Below, in pieces: positions 35,607 through 47,871 of a stretch of 64,000 nt of DNA. Within the stretch, counting starts at the first letter, position 1, and each line of letters starts with the position of its first letter. A model generated the notes under the pieces. That model did no database searches. It was not told the origin of the DNA and saw nothing but the letters and a program-made list of their open reading frames with translations. Origin of the DNA: Fistulifera solaris (Eukaryota); the NCBI GenBank assembly GCA_030295235.1, contig AP026173.1, positions 434,001 through 498,000 of the forward strand, in the 5' to 3' direction. The position numbers were made by a program, and so were the translations under genes.

Positions 35607-38295
35607 ATGATCCGGTCCAACATTGCTCTAGCAGTATTTCTGTTACTCTCCGGATGTAGTGATGCCTTGACAATTCCGGGAGGACGATCCGTGCGATCTT
35701 CATTCGTTCGTCAATCGGTTATGTTAGCGGCGGAACCGAAAAAAACGAAATCGATATCGCCGCGGTGCAGAAAGAAGCCGATGATGCTCTCAAGGCTGCG
35801 GAAGCCGCCCTGTCGAAAGGAAATAATGACAAGCCTCCAACACCCCCCACGCCCCCACGGCCCGTACAATTAGACCCCAAAGTCGTCGCCGCGACGAAAG
35901 CCTTTCAAAAAGCCGCAGCCGAATTTCAAGTCGAAGCCGTCGCGGCCGCCGTCGGTGCCGCGGCCGTGGGTGGAACCCTCGGTTTGACGTTGTTGGTGCA
36001 ATATCCTTCCATTACGGCCTCTGTCGATCCTCTGTACCGCCCTTGGCGGGGGCAACCTTGTTAGCGGGATCCGCCTTGGCCGTCGGCTTGCAAGATTCGC
36101 AACCGGGCCGGATTGTGCGCAATGTGCTCGGCAAACCAACCAAGGCCATTGGCACCGGTATTGCAAAATCCATCAAAAATTCGATCGATCGAACCGTAGA
36201 TCGTGTTGTTTCGTTCCCGGGATACGTCGCGGAGGAAACAAAGAAGAAGGTGACGACGACGGTCCAAGAAATCGAGTCGGATATTAAAGCATTTCCGAAA
36301 AAAGTCTCGGAAGCGGCTCTCGATGCTGCCGAAGACTTGAAGGAAGAGATCATTGCCACTCCGGGACGCATTGTGGAAGGAACGAAAGAAAGTGTACGTA
36401 AAACGGTGGAAGGAACCAAACAGGCAGTGCAACAGAAAACTAAGGAAACACAGGAGAAGATTGTGAAAAGTGTGGAGGAAGTGGTGGCCATTCCTACCAA
36501 AACAGTCGAAAGCATTGCTTCATTACTAGAAGGAGGTGAAAAGCGTGATCCGGAAGTCCCGAAACCGCCGAAATTACCACCACCGGAAGAGGCCATTCGG
36601 CAGGGAAGCAATCAAGTGCAACTTCCACGCTTGGCCGTACCCAAGCTGAGTACTTCTCCTGCTCCGCCCAAAGTTCAGCCGCCTGCTCCGAAAGCGGCGC
36701 CCAAACTGGATGCGCCCAAGATCGAGATCCCCAAAGTAGAAATACCAAAGATTGAGATTCCCAAGGTGGAAATCCCCAAAGTAGAAATTCCCAAAGTCGA
36801 AGTACCCCGTGTCGACCTTCCCAAACTGGATCTTCCCAAAGTGAAAGCACCGGAGGAAACAAAACCAGTTGCTAAGAAACCAGCCAAGAAAAAAGAAATC
36901 TGTTAACGAAGGAGCACAAGTCACGGCTTCGGTCAAAGCCCTCATGGCAGAATTGTCTGCTGAGAAGGTTACACCTGCCGTTGCGAAAACAGACAATACC
37001 GTAGCAGAACGTCGTCGTGCGGAAGAACAGGCTGAAAAGGCAAGATTAGAGCAAAAACAAAAGCAAGAACAGTTAAATGCCCAGAAAGCTGCCGAACGTG
37101 CCAAGGCTGCGGAGCAGCAACGTCAGCAGCAAGAAGAACGCAAGAGACAGCAAGAAGCTCAACAAGCTGAAAAGGCCCGACTTGCCATGGAGCAGAAACA
37201 GAGGCAAGAACAGGCCATCGCTCAAAAAGCAGCAGAACGAGCCAAAGCATTGGAACTCCAGCGCCAAAAACAGGAAGAGCGCAGAAGACAGCAAGAAGCA
37301 AAGCAAGCAGAGACGGAAGCTAAGCGTGCTGCTCAGCAGGCTCGTCAAGAGGAGCAGAATCGCAAGGCGGAACAGCAGCGCGCCGAGCAAGCTGAGAAAC
37401 GACGAGCTGCAGCGGAAGCGGCTCGTCTAGAGGCTGAGCGTCGACAGCAAGAACAAGCACGTCTTCGTGAAGAAAAACTAAAAGCTAGTCAGCAAAGGAA
37501 AAGCCACAAGCAGTCGCGACTGCACCGCGGCCCAGTTTCTTGCTTGGTACTTCTAGTCAAAGAGCATCTGCCGCAGCACCCCGTGGAGTGCCAACTATTG
37601 CATACTGGCGGAAACGCGCCGACAACGGTATCTCAGGAAAGATCTACGGATCGCCCAATTTTAAGGACGGGGAACGCGTGGAAACATCCGCAATCACGTT
37701 TGGGCAAATAGAGAACGGATATGTGGTTAAGACGAGCAGCGGTTCTCGTTACTTCCTCAGCAGCACCCCACCTGCACCTGGCAAAGCTGAAAAGGCTCTT
37801 GAATCCGCAAAGCCTGGGGCTACCATAAACTTGAGTAATATATTTAGCGGCAGTGCAAATGATGCCCAGGCACAGAAGGCAAAGCCACGGTCCACTCAAG
37901 CTAGCCCACAGCCCAGTACGACATTCTCTCTGTTTGGAAGCAGTGGAACAGTAACCGTAACGCCGCCGAAGAAAGAATCCGTTTCCAAATCAGTTAGTGT
38001 GAAAGCCGACAGTCCACCCCGTGCCACGTTTTCTTTGTTTGGGCTTGGTCAGGCAGATCCAGAAAGTGCACCTACGGTAAGTAAAGTTACGAAAAGCAAA
38101 CCCCGCGCCCCGCGCGGCGTGCCGACCCTAAAAAATTGGAGAAAAAATGGAGACAAATCCGTCACGGGGAACATCTCGGGTTCACCCAATTTTAAAGAAA
38201 ATGAAAAAGTGACAACAAGCCCTATTGTCAAGGGCAACATCGCTGCAGGAGAAGTTGTGACCACAGGAAGCGGATCGCGCTACTTTCTGAACTAG
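35607..38295 (+). CDS. Large plastid-targeted protein (about 900 aa): membrane hairpin, PKxEI repeats, coiled coil and two C-terminal PyShell-like beta domains
   Basis: Five consecutive ORFs join through single-base slips (about 35745, 36033, 36895, 37497). Signal MIRSNIALAVFLLLSGCSDA|L plus an Arg/Ser-rich transit region. Two copies of PRGVPT...W....D..(I/V).G.I.GSPNFK..E.V.TS.I..G.I..G.VV.T.SGSRYFL. Confidence 0.75.
36706..36845 (+). repeat. Coding pentapeptide repeat PK(I/V/L)(E/D)(I/V/L), about 9 units
   Basis: PKLDA-PKIEI-PKVEI-PKIEI-PKVEI-PKVEI-PKVEV-PRVDL-PKLDL-PKV. Confidence 0.85.
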
Positions 38296-39162
38296 AAAAG
38301 ATTTTACGGTTCATCGAACGATCCGGTCTTTCTAGTGTGGTGCTACTGATTGTCAACAGTTTTAACCACGAGAATGCCAAAATAGAATTATTCCGCAATC
38401 CAAAGCATAATCATAATGCCAAGTTAGTGAAGTTTGTGTTTAATTTGTTATAATTTGAATTTCGTTTCACTAGTTCATTGCAAACACCTCAGAGCTTCGG
38501 AAGTGTTATGCTCCCAGCTATGCTAGAGTTATTCGACCCCCTCATCAACATCCCCCCTCGAAATTCCTCGTAAGTCGGGACCGTAGGTTATTAGTTATTA
38601 GTTTGTAACCAGAGCTGCTCCAGGTCCCGAAGACGAATACCAGTACCAGGGACGAATGAATAAACAGAATGTTTTCACTCATCCTCCAGCCGCAAGTCAC
38701 CTTGGATCTTTGAAGCATCACTCATCATTCTCATTCGGACTTACGGCTTCGAACTCTGCCGGCAAAGTAAAATTGATTTACTGTATGGAACAACTGTACT
38801 TGATTATTTCCGATTTCAGAATGACCTCGTCATTCCAGATTACAATCTGCGGAATTTAGAGCACGAACATAGATAACGGCGTATCACTACGACCGTTAGC
38901 GGATTGTCGGTGTCCGATGCTAGTACGGTATCTACTTAAAGCTTGACAGTAATGTATTCTTTATCACCGGCCGAAACTCCAACGAACAGGGAAAATTGCG
39001 AAGGATTTAAAGACGGGATTGCCTTTCCTCTTGGAAGTTTGATTAGGACGAAAACTCGAATAACACCGTCCTTCATAAATAAAACATTTTAGTCGACATA
39101 AATTAAAGAACGACCAAAGCATTCATTAGCTAGGGAATCAATTGATAAAACATACGCATACT

Positions 39163-39661
39163 ATGGGATTTACACCGCCAACATTTGTTTCTCTCCAGCG
39201 ACAACACTCCAGGCGAAAGCGCGTAGCCTTTTCCGCCCAGAACGAGACGATTTATGTTCCATCTTTTGTCACCTCCTTCTTTCCCAACGAGGAGGAAGCA
39301 AGCTCGAGAAAGTCCGATTTATGGTACCGACCAGCCGACTTGGCTGGATTCCGTGAAGAAGCCCGCAGCTTATGCCGTCGATGTCCGAGCCTGCTCTCCC
39401 AAGAAAGCTTACGCGGCTTGGAACAGCGACTTTGCCCGGAACGCAAACGTCGCAAATATGTATCCAACCGATGCATAGTGCATGCTTCCAAAAAGAGGGA
39501 CGCGGACGACTTGGCGGCCCTTTGCCGAAAAGATCAATGAGTGGTCTACCGAGCTGGCCGTGATCGAAGGTGCTCGAGATTTTGACCGCGCCTGGCGTGA
39601 CGAACGCAAGCGCCTTATCGAGACGGATCGCTCTCGTTGTGTCCGACAACGACTTTCATGA
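39163..39661 (+). CDS. Hypothetical protein of a diatom-type family (RVxFS / LWY / RGLE motifs)
   Basis: KRVAFS, DLWY, LRGLEQR. An A-run frameshift at about 39530 extends the ORF to TGA 39659-39661. Confidence 0.6.
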
Positions 39662-40259
39662 GATTGGTATGCAATTTTCTCATCCACGATTTCGTCGGTG
39701 GCAATCAGATAATCTTTTGCAACAGGTTCACGAACCGTAGCCATCGCTCTTTGTACACACATGCATATAAACAGCTCGCAAACCTTTATTTGATAAACGC
39801 TGGTTGTCAATTCGAATGCACTTTTAAAGTGCGGAATATTTGTTAGGCTAAGAGATTCTTTTCCCTTTCTCGGTATCGTGACCGTGACTGGGTCACGTGT
39901 CCCGAGTGTACAGGAACTTGTGGAACAACTCTGTCACAAGGGTACCTGAGGATGGACATAGTGAGTACCGGTTCCGCTATCTCGCCATAAAAAATGAAAC
40001 GGTTCTTTTTCATCGATCATCGATCATCGTCATCGGCAGCTCCATCGTCCATCGTGCCTGTAGTAATCATAACTGCCATTATCTACCGGTAGTTTAGACT
40101 CTATTGTTCTGTTTTTATCAACAGAACATCTCTAGCATCAAAGTAAAGAAATAAGTGGCTTTGTAAGGTTGCGTCATTCCAAGGAATCACACATTTCTTC
40201 TCACTCAAGCCAATTGCCCCTCGACCACCACATCACCAAACACATTACTCGACAAAGAG

Positions 40260-41327
40260 ATGTTCAAAGCCACACTCACCATTGCGTGGATCACATGTGT
40301 CACGCAGGCATGGATCGTACCCCGTCCACAGAACCGCCACAGCACACAACTGCAAGTGGCTGCCAAAATCGGACGTGGCGTCCAACGCGTCAAAGATTCC
40401 TTGACTTCCGCCGAACGCAGTCGCGAAGATTTGAAGATTGGGATTGCCGGTTTCTACGATCGGAGCACCAAGTTGTGGGAGGAAGTGTGGGGTGATCATT
40501 TACATCACGGCTATTACGTTCCGGCCGATCGTACGGATCACAAACAGGCACAAATTGATATGATTGATGAAGTGCTGAAGTGGGCCGGTGTCGATCAAGC
40601 GACGCGTGTCGTCGACGTGGGTTGCGGTATCGGTGGATCGAGTCGTCATATTGCTCGTAAATTTCCCGGTTGTCAAACCGAAGGTATTACTTTAAGTCCC
40701 TATCAAGCCGGACGAGGCAATGAATTGGCAGCGGAACAGGGATTGGCGGACCAGTGTCGGTTTCAAGTGGCCGATGCGTTGGATATGCCGTTTGCCGACG
40801 ATTCGTTTGACTTGATCTGGAGTCTCGAGTCAGGAGAGCACATGCCTGACAAAAAGCAGTTCATCAATGAACTCTTTCGTGTCTGCGAGCCGGGTGGACG
40901 TATTATAGTGGTGACCTGGTGCCATCGTGATTTGGAGCCCGGAGAGACCTCACTCACCAAATCAGAGGAAAAGTTACTCCGAAAAATAAATCGGGCGTAT
41001 TATCTTCCACAATGGTGCAGTGTAAAGGATTATGTTGATTTGATGGAAGCACAAGGGGCGACAGACGTGAAGAGGGATGATTGGTCGTATATTATTGCTC
41101 CATTTTGGAAAGCGGTAATCAAGTCTTCACTCAATTTGAAATCGGTCATTGGATTGCTTCGATCAGGTTTCAGCACCCAGCGCGGAGCTTATGCCATGTT
41201 CCTTATGCTGCGAGGCTACAAGAAGGGACTCATCAAGTTTGGTTGCCTAACTTGCACCAAACCATTGTCAAAAAAGACTGAAAAAACGGAATCACCATCC
41301 GTCGACAAGGATAGCGAGGTTCTTTAA
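40260..41327 (+). CDS. VTE4: Gamma-tocopherol methyltransferase, plastid-targeted
   Basis: GIAGFYD.S..LWEEVWGDHLHHGYY, VDVGCGIGGSSR, FDLIWSLESGEHMPDK, VTWCHR, AYYLP.WCS, APFW.AVI. Signal ending TQA|W. Confidence 0.93.
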   Translation: MFKATLTIAWITCVTQAWIVPRPQNRHSTQLQVAAKIGRGVQRVKDSLTSAERSREDLKIGIAGFYDRSTKLWEEVWGDHLHHGYYVPADRTDHKQAQIDMIDEVLKWAGVDQATRVVDVGCGIGGSSRHIARKFPGCQTEGITLSPYQAGRGNELAAEQGLADQCRFQVADALDMPFADDSFDLIWSLESGEHMPDKKQFINELFRVCEPGGRIIVVTWCHRDLEPGETSLTKSEEKLLRKINRAYYLPQWCSVKDYVDLMEAQGATDVKRDDWSYIIAPFWKAVIKSSLNLKSVIGLLRSGFSTQRGAYAMFLMLRGYKKGLIKFGCLTCTKPLSKKTEKTESPSVDKDSEVL

Positions 41328-41396
41328 TTTCAAAGCATTTCTCCTATTCAGAGATTAACTTATCGTTGTATCATCTAGCTTTAGTCTAAACGAATT

Positions 41397-42589
41397 TCAT
41401 ATTCCTCCCCCGACGTAGAATTCCTTATGAAATTCGTATTGACGCATGTCTTCCTCTAGCCTTGCTTTCGTCAACACTTTGCCATTGTTGTCCAACCCAT
41501 GTCCCTGCATTTCGACACGGAAAAGTTCCCGTGGTGAAACATGCGGAAGCCCTTCGTCAAACAAAATCAACTCTCGTGGCTTTAACTCAATCCATTCTTC
41601 GTCATTGGTCAAAGGGGTAGTGGCCACGATACAAATTTGTCGGCTTCGAGATGTCTCGTCGTTGTTGAAATCATGCAAGAATGAAGACTTGTCGCATCCA
41701 TTCGTAGAATTTCCCGGTATCGATACAGTTACCGCATAGTCCTCATCCCCCAAACAGGTCGAACGAGAGCGTACCGTGTAATGGAGACCATTCCACGTCG
41801 AGGAACCCGGTCGTCTTCCGGGATAACTATACACCCACAACGCGTGTGGCCCACAAGCCAACAAGAAGTTCAAAATAGTCCCCTGCGGATCATATTCGAT
41901 AATTTCGTCGCACAAGGCACGGATACGATCGTGGAGGACCGGTAAACTTGGCATCGACCCCGTAAACTCGGCCCGCAACGAATTGAGAATGGCACAGAAA
42001 GCTTTCTCCGAGTCGGTGGTGCCGACCGGATAATACATGCGATCTCCCGGGATATTGCCGAGCCACGTATCGGGATGATCATCAAATAAGGGAATCTGTC
42101 CATTGTGACAGAAACTCCAATTTAGAGCCCACATTCTGATAAAGCGAGTGGATCGAGTCATTAGTACGGTGTAAATTCCTTTCGAGCAAACCAAGCACAT
42201 CATGAAACAACTTACTCTCGACAAAAGGGATGAACATTTGCCAAATCCACTTGCCCCGAGGTCGCATACCGTATATGTGCCAACACATTGCTGGCTTGAA
42301 TATTCTGTCGACCCAAAAATTGTGCCAAGGGACTCGTCGAAGCCGCTTCGACGTCATGAAATTGTCGGAGACCATTGTTGGCGTAATACACGAGACCCCA
42401 TCCATCGGCATGCACGTCGGTCGCACCACCTCGTTGACAAAAATCCGGCCACGACAAACCAAAATCGGTCGGTGCGGCACAATTCATTCCCAGCAGTTGG
42501 CAAAATAATAATGGATGGTTTCGTTTCGCCGGTCGTGACACGGAAAAGGCCTGGCCGGTTGGGAGCAGTGTCACAAGGATGACGCACAA
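41397..42589 (-). CDS. Class II glutamine amidotransferase/Ntn hydrolase, YafJ-like, with presequence
   Basis: CQLLGMNC..PTDF, RGG.TDVHADGWG, AHIRYAT.G...LANVHPF.RE, FCHNG, GTTDSE.AFC, VATTPLT.DE.W. Intron 42136-42215. True start uncertain (possibly 42636). Confidence 0.85.
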
Positions 42590-43010
42590 GAAATCAACAA
42601 CTTTTCTTTTGCGCCCGAATTTCGTTGTCGCTTCATTCTTCTGTCTTGTTGTCCCTTGGAGTTTAGCTTGTCTTTTGTTTTAGGGAAAGTTATGCACCAT
42701 TATTGACTTGGGGTCGTCGGAATAAAAAGCGAACCGCGAAAAAACTTTTTCTTCTCCACGTCTCGCAAACGTGTCTTTTGTGCGCCGCGAATGACGCTAA
42801 GTGGCGTACCGGTACCTAAAAGTCTAGTTAACACGAATTGGGAATGCCTCAAAAACGGGACAGTACGTTTGTAAGTACAATGAAAAATTCCGCGACCCCT
42901 CGCGTCTTCGCACACGTTTCGCACACATCACGCATTCTTTCGTCCGTCGCCATTCATCCCTTCAACAAACCAATTAAACACCTTTTCTCTTGTTTCAGTG
43001 ATGCCGGGTC

Positions 43011-44205
43011 ATGTCCACCACCCAAGATTTGTTTTTATCACCCGATGAACGATACGATGTTTGGGTTGTCAAGGCGGCCGAACGTCCTCATCTTCTTGAA
43101 GTACATTCGGACGAAACAAAGAATGATGCCGATCCTCCCTTGACCGATGGCTGTGATATACCGGGTTGGCGCCACGAACAGTTGGGCTCGCAACATCATT
43201 TAGAAGTCATACTGGAATCCATCGGCCCCGGAAGTACGTTGCTGCGACGGGAAAGTATGCTTCCTGTAAATTCGAACAAAACACCGTGGGATGACTTGCG
43301 ACAACGACTGTTACAAGAACCGGTTCAAACACCCCAACGATTTGCTTACCAACAATTACAAGGAACATTGCATCCGGTCTTTGAAAGAGAAAATTTCCCC
43401 GCCATCATCGATGGCTGTACGGAATTTTGGCCCGCGATGGAAACCTGTCGGTTCCAAAATCTTTTGCAGAAATATGGTCACCTGGAATGGCGATTCTCCG
43501 ACACGCACGGAGAGACGATGCGCTTGGACACCTACCAGAAATATATAGCGAGTTTGGAAGGTCAGAGTGATGATGCCCCCTTGGCCATCTACGATTCACA
43601 GTTTCACCACGACGAACGTGCTGCTCTCCTGGACGAATACCAAGTGCCTTCCTGTTTTGATACCGATCTCTTTGAGTATTTGAGTGATGACGACGATGAC
43701 GATGAATCCTCACAGAGACCGCCCTATCGATGGATCTTGATCGGACCTTCGCGTTCGGGGACCGGTCTTCATGTGGATCCGGTCGGTACGCATGCGTGGG
43801 TCACTCTCGTGGAAGGCTGTAAACGCTGGATATTGTTTGCACCCGACACAGATCGGCGCATAATACATATGCAAGACCCTCAAATTCCTTCCTCCATATG
43901 GTTTCACAAATATTATCCCGACGTTTTGGAAACAAGTGGACGAGGAAGGGCGAATCACTTATGTGGAAGTTCTACAACGTCCCGGAGAGACTGTCTATGT
44001 GCCTGCAGGATGGCCTCATTTGGTCCTCAATTTGGATTTGTCGGTCGCCATTACTCATAACTATGCAACTGAATACCCTTCCATGGCTGCTCTGTGGAGC
44101 GAAATCAATGAGGCTGAACCTGCTTTGGCACGTCGTTTCCAGGCAGCCATTCGAAAGATGCGTCCGGACTTGCTTCATGATAACGCCTTGACCGCGCAGC
44201 TATGA
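43011..44205 (+). CDS. JmjC-domain protein (JMJD6-like)
   Basis: PLAIYD, RPPYRWILIGPSRSGTGLHVDP, G.KRWILF, QRPGETVYVPAGWPHLVLNL..SVAITHNY. Frameshift at about 43933. Confidence 0.88.
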
Positions 44206-44661
44206 AAATTTACTAATCGGTGTGCCAGTATACGTAGCACTCGCATCTAGAATCTACAAATAGAGACTACCTACCAATAAGACCCGAGACTTCTTTGCTT
44301 GTCGCCATAGTCAAGCGCTCTGTACTGTAAGCAAGGTAAGGATAACGGATACCAGATTCCAGATTCCCATCAAACAAAAACACGTCAGCCGTCCGTACCT
44401 TGTCCGTAGTGGTAGAGTTTAAGCACCTTTCGTAGCAGGATAGAAGTTAATTTTCTGAGGATTTCTTGTAGTAAAACAAAAAAGCACAGTTGAAGAACCC
44501 ACGGAATGTGGAGTAGGTCAGACTGTGAGGAAACAGGTGTCACAACAAAAACATCGAAAGAAGCGAGATCGCTGGTTCAACAACAACACATGCAAATGCA
44601 ATCGGGCCCGCTGCGAAGATACTTACAACTATCTGATACAATCAACACCATAATATTCACC

Positions 44662-44971
44662 ATGAAATCGTTTATTGCTACATTGCTTCTAGCACTCTTG
44701 GTCGCCTCGTGCAGCGCCTTCCAATCCGCACAGAACCCTCGTTTGGCGTCCACCAGCCTCGATGTGTTTGGAGGCAAAAGGCCCCGAAAAGGAAGACAAC
44801 GCGTGGCTACAAGGACGAGGCAAACGTATCACGATCCGTGATGATGAAGATGCAGCCATGTGGATTGAGGAACCCAAAGATAACAAGAAGAAAGCCGCTG
44901 CCCCTGCCGGAAAGAAGCCCGTGGCCAAGAAAGCAGAAGCTCCGAAGAAGAAGGGATGGTTCAACTTTTAA
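44662..44971 (+). CDS. Small plastid-targeted Lys-rich protein, unknown function
   Basis: Signal ending SCSA|FQS and transit peptide ending TSLDVFGG. A frameshift at about 44778 gives WLQGRGKRITIRDDEDAAMWIEEP...KKKGWFNF. Confidence 0.7.
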
Positions 44972-45530
44972 GTATCCATTTACAATCACCCCCTTCGGTT
45001 CAATTGATCATTTTTGAACTGATTTGCGAAACGTAAGATTCTTACTTTTCGCTGATTCTATTGGTGGCGATCCTTGTTCACATAGCCACGAAGGAAAGCT
45101 AATTATAGTGCCGCCGCTTGAATTGCTTTTCATGTTCAATTCTTAGCCGTCGAGCTGTCATTCTATCGTTCTAGTTGCGCTCGAGGCATCGTTGCAACAT
45201 TAGTTGCGTCTCATCGTGCGACAATTGTTGCGTTGCTCATTATTTGGTTCCTTACCGCTGCATAGTTCTGACGCTGAGTATCCTTCTGTGAGTCCCTAAT
45301 CGCCGTGACTCCCGTCATTGATTATGCTCCTTTTAGTACGCTCGATTTGCCGATACCTGGTCAGGTCGTTTTCTGCGCAGAAAGCAGAAACATCAACAGC
45401 ATCGATCATCATCAAGAACGTATAACATCGCTAAGTCAATAAAGAATGCGACCTTCTTCCTTGGACTTAATGCAGTCAACATCTCATTCATTCATAGCTT
45501 GTTCGCTTCATTCGTATTGAAGAAGGGGCC

Positions 45531-46984
45531 ATGTTTAGCCCTAAGTGGCGGTCTTCACCTTCTTTGAGACGATCCTTTCGGCACATTGAAAGAACGCAGA
45601 AACGCTGTATGTCGACGAAAGGATACCAATCCATCGGGAGCTTTCATTCCGAAAATCTCGCCGATTTGATCAAGGCTTCCGATGATACTTACATTGCACC
45701 TGCATTACCCTTTTCGGATGATGTACGAGAAGTAGTTTCTTCTCCGTATTCACTTGATCTCCAACAATGGACTTTTCTCAATCACGGAGCATTCGGTGCG
45801 GCCTTGACTGTGGGGACACGACGTGCCGAACAGTGGCGCCATTACTTAGAACGTCAGCCACTGCGATTCTTTGACCGTACATTACTGCCACACCTCGCGT
45901 ATTCTACCCGACGCTTATCCCAATTCGTTAATCTTTCTCGGAGAGAAGAAATGGCGCTCATTCCGAACGTAACAGCGGGCATGAATAGTATCATTAGCAG
46001 TTACTTTCGGGAATACGGGAAGAGCGGGCATGTCATCCTTTGGGATACGTCGTATGGAAGCGTCAAGAAAATGGCACATCATTACGGCTCGGGTGCGGTG
46101 ACCAAAATTCCGTTTCAACGCTTGTACCTGAATGCCTTGGCCGAATCATCGGACCCCGAACAAGTCTTTTGCGAGCTTTGCATGACTGTTTGAACTACTT
46201 TACAGCTTCTCCAGAACCTCTGGTGATTCTCGATCATGTGTCATCGAATACGGCCTTGACTTTTCCCATAGAAAAACTAGCTTCCGCCATTCGCAGATGG
46301 AATCCGCATGCTATCATAGTAGTGGATGGTGCACACGGGTTGTTGGCTCAGCCCCTGGATTTGGATGGACTTTATAATAGTGGCGTGGACTTCTATTTGT
46401 CGAATGCTCACAAATGGCTATCGGCTCCGCGTGGGGTGGCCTTTATGGCGGTCAACCATTACGAATTGCTATGGAAAGACATTTTGCATCCAGCAGTCTA
46501 TTCGCACGGCGGCGACGCGGACGATTTGCTGAGTCGCTTCGTGTGGGATGGGACTCGTGACTATGCTGCTGCCTTAAGTTTACCGGTTGTCTTGGATTTT
46601 TGGGAACAACAAGATCCGTTCAAGGTACGAGACCAAATTCGACAGAAACTGCGCGAAGGCATTCGCATTTTAGCAAATTACTGGCATCCCGACTTTGCCG
46701 ACGACACGGACAAGTGGCCAGGAAACATTACACTAACAAATGTAAACTCGACTGTACTCTCTTCGCCCATGATACTGGTCAAACTGCCTTTTCAATCCGA
46801 TCATATGTATGATTCCAGTGATGCGAAAGCGGTGCAAGACTATTTGTATTCCAAGTACATTGAGGCACCCATCAAATGCATTAACGGAGAGCTCTATGTA
46901 CGAGTATCATACCATATCTATAACATCTCCGAGGATTTTGTGATGTTGGCGAAGGCGATCCAGTCGTTTCCTGCAGTTAGGTGA
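45531..46984 (+). CDS. Class V PLP-dependent enzyme (L-cysteine desulfhydrase / Egt2 / isopenicillin N epimerase-like)
   Basis: FLNHGAFG, E.QPLRF, PNVTAGMN, LDHVSSN, VDGAHG, SNAHKWL.APRG, GTRDY, YVRVS.HIYN. Frameshift at about 46168. Confidence 0.88.
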
Positions 46985-47352
46985 CGGGAAAGGATATATG
47001 GTAACATTGGCTGCCAGTGCAGACTTACCGGGGAATGTACGAACATGATCACAGACACTAGAGCATAGAAATCAGAAGACCCATTAAAGTGAAAGCTCAG
47101 AAACTGCATCTACGGAATGCTCAAGTTTAGCTATTACGAAAGATCCCTAAACCTGAAACGTTGCTTTTCTCAACAAAGGGACAATAGCCCGATCATCAGC
47201 ACAGATACGGGTACCGCTATGACATAAGCTTCTTTTCGTTTAGCCGGACGAGGATCGACATCGAAGATCGATGTGAATTTGCTCATTGTTGATCTTGTTG
47301 ATGATGGTGTATCTATTCTGATCGTCATCCTTTACATGAATGAAAGAATACA

Positions 47353-47871
47353 ATGGGTCAAACATGCTGCAAGACCAAAGAATCTGACTGGAGAGAGGCC
47401 AAGAAGGACGAAGGCGGAGATAGTACGTTGCGCGTCATGTTCAATCGATTTGACAAGGATCGGAAGGGTTATATAAGTAAAGATGATCTGCAAAAGATGA
47501 TGCGCGATGATAAAACACATTTTCAGGGGAAAGATGCGAACCATATAAGTAAGTGTTTCATTCATCGCTGAATGATCTTTTCAAGAACTCGTTTCTTGTG
47601 CGACGAATGTACTCGTGTTTTCTTCGTCTACTGCTGCTGTTCTAATCGAGTTCTTTGCCGCGCTCTTGCTTCAGTGGAGAAGTACGGCACGGGCGATAAA
47701 ATGAACTTTTCTGCTTTCGAGCTTTGGTGGAAGTCGACCTATACAACCTACAGCGATGATGCTCTTTCCAGAATGGTGGAAGAAGTCGAAGCATCACCCA
47801 GTTTACTAGATCCAATACCCGAATTGCCGGATGTGCCGCACAACTCCAATATTGTTGTGAGTCGATCTTAA
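47353..47871 (+). CDS. Small EF-hand protein with N-terminal MGxxCC acylation motif
   Basis: MGQTCCK, canonical EF loop DKDRKGYISKDDL, intron 47549-47674, and a degenerate second loop (KYGTGDKMNFSAFELWW). Confidence 0.8.

Noticed and set aside
41397..46984. Ergothioneine cluster (EgtC-like amidohydrolase plus Egt2/EgtE-like PLP lyase)
   Set aside because: The amidohydrolase has the YafJ-type N-terminus rather than the EgtC type, no EgtB/EgtD is present, the nearby methyltransferase is VTE4, and unrelated genes intervene.
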